The notes below the pieces were generated by a model. That model saw only the letters and a list, made by a program, of their open reading frames with translations, was not told where the DNA came from and made no database searches. A stretch of 63,998 bases of DNA, counting the filler, from Reticulomyxa filosa (Eukaryota; Protista; Foraminifera), in the NCBI GenBank assembly GCA_000512085.1. It is 21 parts of 21 records of this genome, joined end to end, with 100 filler letters (N's around TTAATTAATTAA, not from the genome) between each part and the next. Parts side by side here need not be neighbours in the genome. Positions count along the whole stretch, not along the records: positions 1 to 8,650 come from ASPP01006522.1; positions 8,751 to 18,982 come from ASPP01026774.1; 19 more parts are not named here. One strand, given 5' to 3'. Shown one piece after another: positions 1 through 11,800 of this stretch (positions are counted from its first letter, which is position 1; each line of letters starts with the position of its first letter). A program made the translations under genes and the position numbers.

Positions 1-45
1 AAAAAAAAAAATGGTGATAATAATTTACAGGAAAGTGGCATAACA

Positions 46-2774
46 ATGGCAGGCCTAATGATTGTGTATAGCGGTTATATTTGGCTAAAAAATAATTGGA
101 CGAAGGAAGGGACGATATGGACGATACCTAAAAGCGAGATGCAAATGTTGTTACTACGTATACTGCTACCGTTATTATACGTAGGAGGGTTTGTATATCT
201 GCGCCACAAAATAGTACAGTCAGTAGCGACAATTGGAAAAGACGTGTTTTTAAAAGCGGAAAATCCAATAGCATTCGAACCGAATCGATGGACTCGAATA
301 TTTTCCACGGCATATGTGCATTCCTATTATTTGCGATTGCTATTGTTTCCTTATCCTTTATGCGCAGATTATTCTTTCAATTGCATCCCATTGATTGAAA
401 CCTGGAGTGATGCAAGGAATCTGGTGTCGTGTTTGTGCTATGCACTTGTATTTATACCGTTTTTTGGTGCAGCTTTAATTATTCTCTTGTTTCCTTTCAA
501 TTGTTTGTTTCGAAAAGCAAATGTGCAAGCATCGCAAAAAACGATCATCGCACCGGACCATGACGACCATGACCGATTGGAATTTTCATGGATTATCTTT
601 ATGAGCGTACTTTGGCTCATTGTGCCTTTCATTCCCGCATCCAATCTATTTTTCTATATTGGCACTTTTGTCGCTGAAAGACTCTTGTACGTACCGTCCA
701 TCGGATTTTGCATGGGATTGTCATTGCTCATTTCCTGGTTGACTCGTCGCATGAACGGTGGAGAACAGCAAACTAAATTTTACGCTTGGGCAATTACCGG
801 AGGTATATTGGTCATTTACATCAAACTAACAATGGATCGAAATTTGGACTGGAGAAATGAAGAGGTGTTGTTTCGAGCCGCATATCAAGTGTGCCCACAA
901 AGCGTCAATATTTTACAGAACCACGTTACTCTTATTTATTTATTTATTTTATTTTTTTGAATGGGAATTTGGCTCTATGATATTATACGTATATATGTAT
1001 ATGTTTATGTATGTATATGTCCATATATGCGAATACGTAATAAAATCATATTCAGGGAATTCTTGATCGGCGACACATGCGCTTTGACGATGCCTTGGAC
1101 AAATTTACTCGAGCAAAGCAGATTGACCCTTCCCGTTGTCGTATTGATCATTGGATAGCTGTTACACTTATAAATAAAGGGCAATTCAAGCAGGGCTACG
1201 AATTGCTGCAAAAATCACTTGACTGCAAATTGTCAATGGTATACTTCTTTTTTTTTTTTTTTTTTTGTATGTGTGTTACGTTTCGTTTTAAAATATTTAC
1301 TCACGAATATGTGCAAAATGTTGTGTGGGTCTTTTTGAGCCAAGACGGAGTCACTCCAAAGTTTGCAAAAATTATTGGAGACGCTGTTGCAATGGTACCC
1401 AGGAAGTGCAGTCTTGTTTCATGACTGGGGGAAAGTATTGCTTAGGCTAAATTCTGCTGACACACCTCAAGTTGCAAAAATGGCTCATGGTTATTATTCC
1501 CAAGCACTCCATAATTTTATTTTATTTTACTTTGAAACAAAACTTGGCTCCCTTGCCAACGGCCATGATTCACGCGGACACGAGCACACGGACACGACAA
1601 ATGTCAATGGGCTATCCATTGTAGCTCAGAACACACAGATAATGTTGCAGTTGAGAAACTAAAAAGAAAAGCATCTAATGCTATCATTCAAATTATTCAA
1701 ATTGTATCCACTAATTGTTTATTTAAAAAAAAAAAAAAAAAAAAAAAGATCGTTTTATGAAACGGTCGATCGTTTGGAGGATATTGTGAATACGTTGATG
1801 CAGAGCGAGCAGCACAAAGACGATTGTTTTTTGCAAGTTGCGAAATTCATTGTGTCATGGGAGAAAATTGCAAAACATGTTTCTAATGCTACTTCGATTG
1901 AAAAGCGGTATTTGACACAGCTGCGAAAACTCACCCAAAACATATGGTCATTCCTCACCATCAAAGAAAATCCTTGTCAGCAAGAAAAAGTTGCAATGCA
2001 ATCTCTCTCTGTTGTGCCTGAATCCCAAAGAACACACGTATACATGGCAAAACACATTTTACATACCGTCATTCAACACATGATATGGTATATCAACGCT
2101 CATCCACTTGGGTATAAATCCACTTGCAAAAGTCTTTTTTTGTTAAATGTTAAAAAAATACATATATGTGTATACGTATTTATTTTTTTTATTTTTTTTT
2201 TGTTTGCTCTGTGCAAGATAGAAGCAGAAGTAAAGCCTATTGGCAAGAACTGATAGCCAACTACTCAAAATTAGAAGAAATATTGAGCATGAAAGAAAAA
2301 AAACAACCACCAGTTGCAAACCAAAATGTCATGACACATTCTGTATGTCAAACAGTGCTGTCACAAGTACTAAAATGGTTTGAGGATGGGCTGCAACAAA
2401 ACGACAAAAAAAAAATGAATGCCAAAGCCCAGCGTTTGTCCTTGTTTCGGTGGCTGATAGATCACAAAAAAGACATTTACACTCAAACTCAGCTCTTACA
2501 AACCCAAGTTGTTGATAACTCTCACTGTACTATTCAACAAAAAGCTTGGGCTTTGGAAGGCATTGCTAATGTTGTCATGCCCTTTGTCGACTTGGAACGC
2601 AAAACATGGAACTTTGAAGAATATTTGGAGTATGTTGTTAATAGTAATCACAAAAACCCAACTCTGTCCCAAGAAGATCTTTTCGCTTTTGCACAATGGG
2701 TTACCCAATTGTACAGCTATTTGATGGATAAAATGAAAGTCTTAAAGCTAAATGAAATATTAAACAAAAAATAA
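46..2774 (+). CDS. TMTC-family protein O-mannosyltransferase (membrane domain with DUF1736 segment, then TPRs); multi-exon, 5' partial
   Basis: Motifs YYLRLLLFPYPLCADYSFNCIPLIETWSDARN and FIPASNLFFYIGTFVAERLLYVPSIGFC are typical of TMTC1-4. A phase-0 GT..AG intron at 925-1055 joins NILQNH to GILDRRHMRFDDALDKFTRAKQIDP (TPR-like). Later exons correspond to ORFs at 1363, 1678 and 2166; stop at 2774. Confidence 0.85.
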
Positions 2775-2978
2775 CCTCCAAAATTTTCGTGTTTTTTGTT
2801 GGTAAGACGTCTGAAATGTTTTTATTTTTGCATTGGCTTATTCAATGCAAATTCGATTTTTTTATACCATTTTCACTAGTGATATAAAAACAAACAAACT
2901 ATTAGTAAATGTCGTTGTTTAGAATTAATAAGATGTACAACTTGAAAAAATTCAATTGCATTCGTTTAAATAATAATA

Positions 2979-4723
2979 CAGTAGAATACAAAGTAAAGTT
3001 GATTCCTAAAACGTCAATTTATAGATTTGATTTTCTACATGAAAAAACAACAGACTTAACTTTTTAAAAAAATATCTACAAATCATGTACTTTTTAAATA
3101 TCATTTTGGTTTTTTATTACATCTTTCAAATTATTTTAGTATTTTGTCCTTTTTTTTTAGCTAAGTATCAATATTTGAGTTTTTTATTTTTTTAAAAAAT
3201 GTCTAAAGTAATTGAGAATTTTAACAAATGACATGATATTGAACTGTTGAGTCAGTGATTGAAATTTGAAAAAAAATTTCGTGTAAGTCATGAATGTGTG
3301 CGTAAATTGAAGCTTACGTTCAAGGCCAAAAAAATTATTAAGAAGAAACCAAAAAAATGGAGTTCGTTAAAAGTGCAAGAACAAATTCAACGTCTTATTG
3401 TACATTTGGTGATTACTGGCAAATGTGTTGAGCTGAAGAAGTAAAAAGAAGAATGTAAAAAGAATGTTTTGCTTTAATTTCATGTGCAACAATAACCAGA
3501 ATGCTTAGTAAAAATGAATTAAATGATATTACTTTGAAGAAAAAACCTTTTTTAACAAAAAGAAAAATAAGAAAACAAGACTTGATTTTGCAAAGAAATA
3601 TAAGTAATGGATATTCGATGATTGAAAAAAAGTGCTTTTTTCTTATTAAAGCAAAATTAATTTAAGATGTAGTTATTTAAGACGTCATATTTGGAAGATA
3701 GTAGCACTACTTACCGAAAATCAAATCATAAAACATCAAAATTTGGAAGTTGAAGCATAATCTTGTGGTCTTGTTTTGGAGCGTTATGACCTGGTTATGT
3801 ATGTAAAATTGATAGATTTGTCAATGCTGATATATAAAAAGAAATTCTATGTGATGAAATGCTCAAAAGCATTGATTGGTGTTTATAAGATAATGAAGAT
3901 AATACCAACAGTTCAAAGCAATTACAGTAAAAAAATGTTTTGAGCAAAATGCTATCAACGTATTTGATTTCCTTCCAAATTCTTCAGATCTGGACACAAT
4001 CGAAAATATATTGTTGACAACAAAAACAAAAATACAAAAATGGACCATTTAGTCAAAAGAAGAACTTTGGAAACAATTTGAATTAGAATGTGAAAAAATT
4101 GACAAAAAAATATACACAAACTTAATAAAATCAATGCTAGCGCGAACACAAGCATTATGCAAGGCAAAAGGTGATTTAACAAAATGGTAATTTCCTAAAA
4201 AAAATCTTACTCAAAAAAATGAGTTCTAACTTTTGAATTAACTTGATTTGTTTGGTATTGTACAAAAAAAGTCAAAAAAAATCAATGATGAGTATAGACA
4301 AAGTAAAGATTAGTCAAAAACCATTATGCTTTCACAATGCACAAACTTTGAAAATAACATTAAATTCTGCAAAAAAAAATTTTTAGTAACAAAAATAGTT
4401 TTCTCAAAAACTACGCAACGTAGAAGACTAATATTTTTTTTTACAAATACGCATTTAGAATTTTCTGAAAAAAGTTGGCAAGTTTCACGGTTACGACATA
4501 GTCAAGATTGTCAACTTTTTCTCGAAAATTTTCAAAAACAATGAAATATTCACATTTTTTAAACAATTATGAAAGATTTAATAAAAACCAAAATGATATT
4601 TAAAAAGTACATGATTTGTGATATTTTTTTCAAAAAATTAGGTCTGAATGTTGTATTTTCATATAGAAAATCAATCATATATAAGTTACCGTTTCATGTG
4701 TAAACTTTACTTTGCATTCTACG
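2979..4723 (+). mobile_element. Full-length but decayed Tc1/mariner DNA transposon
   Basis: Imperfect ~165-bp terminal inverted repeats: 2979-~3140 starts TA|CAGTAGAATACAAAGTAAAGTT and ~4560-4723 ends AACTTTACTTTGCATTCTACG|TA. Internal decayed Tc1 transposase motifs: DD*KKVLFSY*SKIN (3617; cf. WxKVLFSDESKFN), KFGS*SIILWSCFG (~3739; cf. KHGGGSVMVWGC), FLPNSSDLDTIENIL (~3969; cf. PPNSPDLNPIENLW), NLIKSMLARTQALCKAKGDLTKW* (to 4190). Confidence 0.9.
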
Positions 4724-6334
4724 TATATAATTATAGGTTTTTTTTGTGCAAAAAAACCTATTCAAATATAATATAATGTAAAGATCACGTACACCCAACA
4801 AAAAAATGAAGATAGATGCGTTTGACTAGAAAATATTGAAAAGCTATAAACTGACAAGAAGCAACTTTTTCACGCGTGACAAATAAGTGTAATTAAATTC
4901 TAGAAAAGAATTAAACATAATTTTTTTAGCAAAATAAAAAAGTCCTAAAATACAAAAACAATATAAAAAAGAAAAAAATTTTTCAATCCAGAAATATATT
5001 ATTAAAATTATGATTAAATGTTTTGTAGAGAAAATATAACCTTAAAGTTTTGCTTTTTTTTCAACTAATTTTTTGATATTTCGTTTCCGTTATTGCCGCA
5101 GTAGTTCAGTACAAGGTTACATGCACATAATCTCCTCAATTATGTCAATATTTTGCTCGTCATAGTATATTTTCCAATCCCGAAATTCGCATTAGCAATG
5201 ACATTTAAATCGCAAGTATTTCTCGAACTTTTTGTTCAGTCTTAAACTTGTCTTTTTATTCTGTACATTTTGTCCTAAAAATTTGTTATCCAAAAATATT
5301 TTGTTATTCAATGATCTTATTACTTAACAAAACGTTGTTTTTGTCCAACCAGGCTATGTATCATATGATAATCTTGTGATAATTCATTTCAAACAGATTT
5401 GAATAACTATTCCACACCTTGAAAAATACAGAAAATCACGAAGCTTTTCAATTCTGCATTTACTTAACAAATGAGTGCTGTTTATATTATGATTCGTCCA
5501 ATGTTCTATTCATATTTGGGATGAATGTAGCAAGTAATTTGTTTATAAAATATACATATTATATACTGCTACACTTAAAAAGTTTTAGATAATGTAACGA
5601 AGAAAAATGAAGTATACGTTTATATATTTTTCAAGTCACAATATATTTTCTAAGAATTAATTACTGTCGCTTTGTACATTTTATTTTTTCATCTATTTCA
5701 TAAAATTGGTAACAAAACGTGTACAATTTTTTAATCAGTCTTGATGGAGTAATGGTTTGATCTGTTGAGGTTCAAACAAAAGAAGCGGAATGATTTGTAT
5801 GTCATATACGGCATAATATTGAATTTCAAATTTGTTACAAGCAAAAATGGATTTGCATTATTCAGGCGCAAATATTGCAGATGATCACCCACGAGTCGAA
5901 ATTCATTACTGTAAGTTATTGTCACGATTTTCAGAAAAACAGTTCTACTCTGAGAAATAGTAGGATTGAAAGAAAAGAGAAAACCATACATATTAAAAAA
6001 AAAAATAACAGCCGCAATTGCAACTGGAAGTAAGGCTCGTTTGTATCATCGGTTCAAAAACAAAAATAAGAGAGTAATAACAAAACAGACAAAAAAAAGC
6101 AAGTAAACATTAGAGAAAGAAATAACAACAACAATGACAAAAAAAAAAAAAAAGTAATAGCAACTGGCAGTTGTATATATGTTGTTCAAGATTTTTTAAG
6201 ATTCGAAGTTAAACGTGTAGAGACAACAAGTGTTTGCTAAGTTTTGAAGAAAACAGTACGAAATCCAACAAATGTAATAAAAAAAAAAAAAAAAATGGAT
6301 TGTGTGAACAAAAAAAAAAAAAAAATGAATATCA

Positions 6335-8282
6335 ATGAAATGTGAAAAAAAGGAAAAGCGCAAAGTTCCAGCGAAATTGATGCTCGCACGAACAGTGGTG
6401 GACTTGGTATTTGGAGTGCTATGCAATGTGATGATGTTGATCGGCAGTAGCGACTACCCTAATCATATGTGGTGCAGTTGGTTAGGAGCATTCTTCACGT
6501 TTTGTTTTTTGTTAAGTGAAGCATATTTTGCGGGCATATGTTGGGAAATTTTGCTGACACTGACCAATCCGTTTCGTAAACCTGCCAGTGACACTTATCG
6601 AATCCATGTCCTATCTATTGGTTCAGTGTTAGTCGTCACAACATTGAGTCGATCTTTGGGTGCATTTGAATGGCGAGACGATGTTCAAGTTTCGTCAAAC
6701 GTTTCATATACATGCATATATTATATAAGTATGTACATAAGTTTATCTTTTTTTTTTTCAGAGGAGAAAAAAAAAAAAGCTTCAACATGCAAAACTAAAC
6801 TTGAGGAGGGGGGGGGGGGGGAGGTTAGATTTGTTACATCAAAAATACCAAAGCCAGTTTCAATTGGTTCAATTTGTATTTGCTGTATCTTCCTACCTTG
6901 GGCACTGTTATCCTCGGAATCGGAGTCACTGTTTGGGCTTATTATCGTCTCAAAACTAGGATCTTGGATGCCACATGGGAACTACGTTGGTTTGTTAACA
7001 GCTTTTTATTACAAACAACATTTATGTATATAGCTTCTATCATTCAATTAATCATTTTTGGTGACATTTAAAAAAAATAATGCGAATAATGGTAGGGAAG
7101 TAATCCGAAAACAATTTGTTGTGGTCACCTCGTTCACTGTGTGCTATCTAATTGGCCTTTTTTGCTGGGGACCTGTCGTGTATGTAAACTACAAAGACAG
7201 CGATGGGAGAGATACCAATACAAAGTGGCCTTCATTTTTACTGCTGGTGTATGTCACCACGCAAGGACTTATCGACCTAATCGCGTGGAAATTGTTAGAT
7301 CCTACCTTTGACATTTGCTCCTGGAGAAGGGCCATTGCCGTCAGTGTTAGCACAATTCGAAAAAGAGATTTAGGCCAACCTTTGATCCAAAAATCAACTC
7401 ATCAGTTTTCCATCCTTCTAATACATATACACATATATGTATACGTGGTGTGCATGCAAGCATGCTGGTCATCAACATGCATGGTGAACATGTTTCACCA
7501 TGTGTTTGTTTGTGAAACATTTTTAATATATCTTGAGCAAGCGCAACACCAAAACGTCACCAGGAACAAAATCTGTCCAAAGCGCTGAGGATTGAAGTGA
7601 TCTCATTAATGAGCGAAGGAATTGCACAAGCAATACATCGCACAGCACTTCGAACGCACAAAAAAAATTTAAGAAAACAGCCTGCGAAGCCTTCTCGTTT
7701 AGTTGTTTATTCATATGTATATGTATATGTATATACGTATATATATGTATATACGTATATATATGTATATGTATAATTTTTATAATATTTCTTTATTAAC
7801 AACAATAATAACACAACGAAAAAACTCAAACTATTATATTCAAATGATTGATACTAGAACCGGCAACGAACGCGCAAAAAGTCAAAGAGAGTGACATTGT
7901 TACAATGAACTCAAAGCCAGAGTTGTTTACATCACAGCCTCCTCTGCTGGACTCGTTGCGGAATGACAGCAACGACGAGGACACCAGTGCGTTGCTATTG
8001 AGCATGAGTAAGGGCTCAGTGCAAAACTCAATTGACTTCAATGGACATGACAGCGAGGAGTACAAGTCATCAAACCTTGCTGTCGTCACTCCCATCGACC
8101 AGCCCGCCACCCTTGTTCCCAACCAAAACAATCATGCGTTGGGAATTGACGCGAATGTGCCTACTCACAATGATGAGCAGCCCAAGCCACACAAGCGCTT
8201 GGACGCCAAAGAAGATAATCCGTATACGTCGTACTATTTGGATAACATTAATGCAAAGCCCGAAAGCAGAAGTTTACTTTTT

Positions 8283-8314
<32 letters not shown>

Positions 8315-8650
8315 AAATACAAAATACTTTCTTAGCATTTGCCGTCGATGCAAAACTAAACTACACTTTTTGTAATTAAAAAAGATCGTTATTGCATTCG
8401 ACGGTTCAACATAACTGTCAGAAAGCATGAAAATGGCTTGCATACAAGCCATAAGCGATCCCATCGGTCCGAACAAAAGCAAGCACAAGAAGAGAGAAAG
8501 ATCAGTCTCTCTAACTCATCGATACACTCTCCATCGCAGGAACAGATTCTGCAACAATCGTACTCGCAATCGTTCACTACAGTTCTAGAACGGACATTTG
8601 GTAAGCAGGTCAAGGTCAAGAATGAAAAGAAAGAACACGAGAAAGAACAC
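6335..8650 (+). CDS. 7TM receptor of GPCR-PIPK type (7TM domain, LR(x)9GI linker, long low-complexity tail); multi-exon, 3' truncated
   Basis: Successive TM segments in exons ~6335-6688, 6829-~6990 and ~7096-7370 (intron 6689-6828 is in frame). TM3 exit reads EAYFAGICWEILLTLTNPFRKP. An exon absent from the ORF track reads NLSKALRIEVISLMSEGIAQAI (LR..GI at 7585-7623). No kinase domain is visible before the contig ends. Confidence 0.7.
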
Positions 8651-8750
8651 NNNNNNNNNNNNNNNNNNNNNNNNNNNNNNNNNNNNNNNNNNNNTTAATT
8701 AATTAANNNNNNNNNNNNNNNNNNNNNNNNNNNNNNNNNNNNNNNNNNNN
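8651..8750. other. Artificial contig-joining spacer (N44-TTAATTAATTAA-N44), first of 20
   Basis: Identical 100-nt spacers with stops in all six frames also start at 18983, 21058, 23507, 26830, 29683, 33034, 35321, 42254, 43415, 45154, 47027, 48625, 50254, 51498, 53318, 54800, 59347, 61290 and 62899. Confidence 0.99.
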
Positions 8751-8848
8751 AACAACAAACACAAACACAAACACACGCTCAAACACAAACTCAAACGCAA
8801 ACTCAAACACAAGCACAGGCACAAACACAAACACAAACACAAACACAT
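8751..8848. repeat. Degenerate (ACAAAC)n hexamer microsatellite at contig start
   Basis: Directly visible acaaac/acgcaa/actcaa units. Confidence 0.85.
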
Positions 8849-8863
8849 TCATCTTTTGACTCA

Positions 8864-11800
8864 TTGAAAGTAATACGCGAACAAGAGCAAATGCAAGTAC
8901 AAGCTCAAGCACAAGGCCAAGAACAAAAAAAAGGACATGAAAAGATTAATGATAAGGAAAGTGATGACACAATGTTTGAACTTTCCAAAGAAGCATTGCA
9001 ACAATTGACTTTAACATTTTCTCCAAACAAAACAATCGCCACACAGACACAAAGCAACGCCGGCAAGACAAAGAAAAGAAGGTCGTCCAAACCACGGAAT
9101 GCAACCGACCGTAAAAATACTGACGTGGAAATGAAAGACTTGACAACAGCGACTGGTGAACGTGCAAAGACCAATGACGCTGCAAAAAAACCTGCAGATC
9201 CTGCACGTGAGAAAACGCCTTTGCAGCAACACCCGCCCCAAGAAGACAAAGCCAAAGATTCCTTGTCTGAGAAAATTGATTTGGCGGAATACAGATGCTT
9301 TGGCGTAATGAAATGGTGCGAACAAGTGTTTTGGAAAAGTGCTGGAATACGCAGGTTATTTGATATCGCTTTGTTTCGATTGCGAGCAGTCTGTGACGTA
9401 TATGCTAATGAAGAAAAAGAAATGCAACGGATACGACAACAGCAGCCTGCAAACATTGAATCCAATGATATCTCAAATGCAAATGTCAATGCCAATGCCA
9501 ATGCAAATATAAATGAAACCAAAACAGATAGCAAAGACGGAGAAGCATCAACGCCAGAGGAACAAAGAGATCTCAATGTGATTGACACCCTACAGTTCAT
9601 TTATTGGACAGTGCATTCCATTCAATTATGTGTTCAAAAGATTCAAGTGAGTTGTGATTATGGAAATCTCAATGAATCAATGACCAGTTTATTATATATG
9701 TACATACACATATGTATATTAATGGAAAAAAAACAAATAATGCTCACTTTCCATGACACACATAATAATATATGCACATAGACGTTATTGGAATTGGAGC
9801 CAAGGAGTTTGTGTGTTACGTGGTGACATTGCTGAATCTGTTGCTTCAAATTCATGCAAAACAGTCTCCCTTTGACATGGACAAAGTGATTTTGGAGGAT
9901 TGGTACAATTATTGGACACAATCCACACTAATCTTATGCACATTAATGGGAGTACCTTTACAAACCTTGCCAAATATGGCACCCATTGCAAAGATGTTGC
10001 AAGTGTTGGCCCAAATTGTTGTGTTTGGTCAAGTGTACCACTCCACTCCAAACATTGACTCGTTTTGGAAAATAGCAACAAATCCGAAGTTTGCCTCCAT
10101 TTTTTGCAGTTGCGTTTCTTCATAAGACAAGATATTCTCTTTGCTACTTATTATACTATCATTATATGCATGCATATACATATATACACATTTGTATATC
10201 ACAAAGAAAATATTCACTTTAAAAATTTTTTTCATTGCTCGTGTGACTTTATCAGACAATGAGAAAATGCTAAAGCAATTATTGGATAGTGTCAATGACA
10301 ACAACGGACAAAAACGCTGGTGTTGACATGAATGAATTTGAACCAAATCAACTGACACAAGGAATAGAATGTTGCCGTCGAAAAATGTTGTGGCTATGTG
10401 CAAATCATTATTTCAATAAATATGGAAGCCAAACGCTCAAAAATATCCAAGCATTGCCATTGCGATACACCCCGGAGTCAGTCCAAATGTTGACACACTT
10501 GTTTGAAGATGGGCACTTTGTCAATGCCAATGGACTAGACGATTCGTTTTTTTCTATCAGATCTTTGATTCGATTACCTGTTTTTGGCAGAGTGTACACT
10601 CGATCGGATTTGTTGGAGTTAATCTTTGCATTTTCAAACATACTATCATTTTTACTCTGACTCTGGAAATGTGTTTATCATTGTATTATGTGTATGTGTA
10701 TATGCGCGTATATGTGTATATGTGTAAAAACACAATCTGGAAATGGAAAGGTTGCATTTTGAGACAAGTAAATCCATGGAGTGGTGCGGACATTCTTGCA
10801 ATTTGTTTTTGCTGTTGTCTATGCGATGGGCATCCACGACAACCGCATCAAAGGAAGAAAAGGCATTTTGTAATCCGTTGGCACATCGACATCGTTCCAA
10901 ATCTTTGCGAAAAAGCAAAGATGCCACAGACGAGTCCTTTCTTGCCCAGTCTTTTCATTGGCTGTCGTATCGCGAACTGAAAGCTGTTTTTACATCCCTG
11001 TTAATCCATTGTTTTTGCATTGCGTTTTTATTTTTGCAATTTTTTTTTTTTTTAAATTGTCTACACACACACACAGGAACGACTCTCTTCAGTTGATGTT
11101 CGAACTCGCAGTAAAACAGCCCAAAAAAAAGCTTGAACGGATAAATGAATTATTTGCGAGCGTATTGTTTGGGAAAGATAGCATTTCAGATATTTTGAAA
11201 AAGTTGCTGCCTTGCTTGATTATTTCGTCTGGGCTGGAATTAACACAAAAGCAAGTGGCATCGCAAAAGGAGATTGCGCATATTGCATCCTGCGGAAATC
11301 GCTTTATCGATGCGATGTCCGTGGTCATGCCCTTCCACAAGAATTACACCCAGATTGTGTCCAAAATTTTCCAATGTTGTCTGTCGTCCATCCGTTCTGT
11401 TCCAGAAAGCAAATCGTCTTTCCAAAGCACAGGTTGGTACATATGAAAGAGAATTTTTGGTAACTTTAATAACTCACTGCAACGACAACACAATGGGGCG
11501 ATTTTTTTTTTTTTTTGTTGAATGTATACATAACTCGCATAAAAAAAAAAAATTAAAATAAACAAATTGTGTATACCAGAAGCGCATTCAATATCTCTCT
11601 CTTCCTTGTATCCACCACATGGCGGTGTGAAAGCACAGTCCGTGGAAAGCTGCGAAACTTCACGAAGTATGGCAGTATCACCCGTTCCTGGAATTTCGTC
11701 AGTACCACAGCAATCACAACAACAGCAATCATTGATTGGTACAAAACGCAAACGAAGTGAAATGGGAAGTGAAAGCAGTGAGGACGTAGAGCATGAATGT

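Noticed and set aside
3617-3660. TGA read as Trp (alternative genetic code), since TGA sits at conserved W positions here and near 48403
   Set aside because: Both cases are in pseudogenes with other stops and frameshifts, and intact genes use TGG for Trp.
8695-8706. Recurrent TTAATTAATTAA palindrome as a biological repeat or CRISPR-like array
   Set aside because: It is always centred in fixed-length N-runs, so it is a synthetic six-frame-stop linker.
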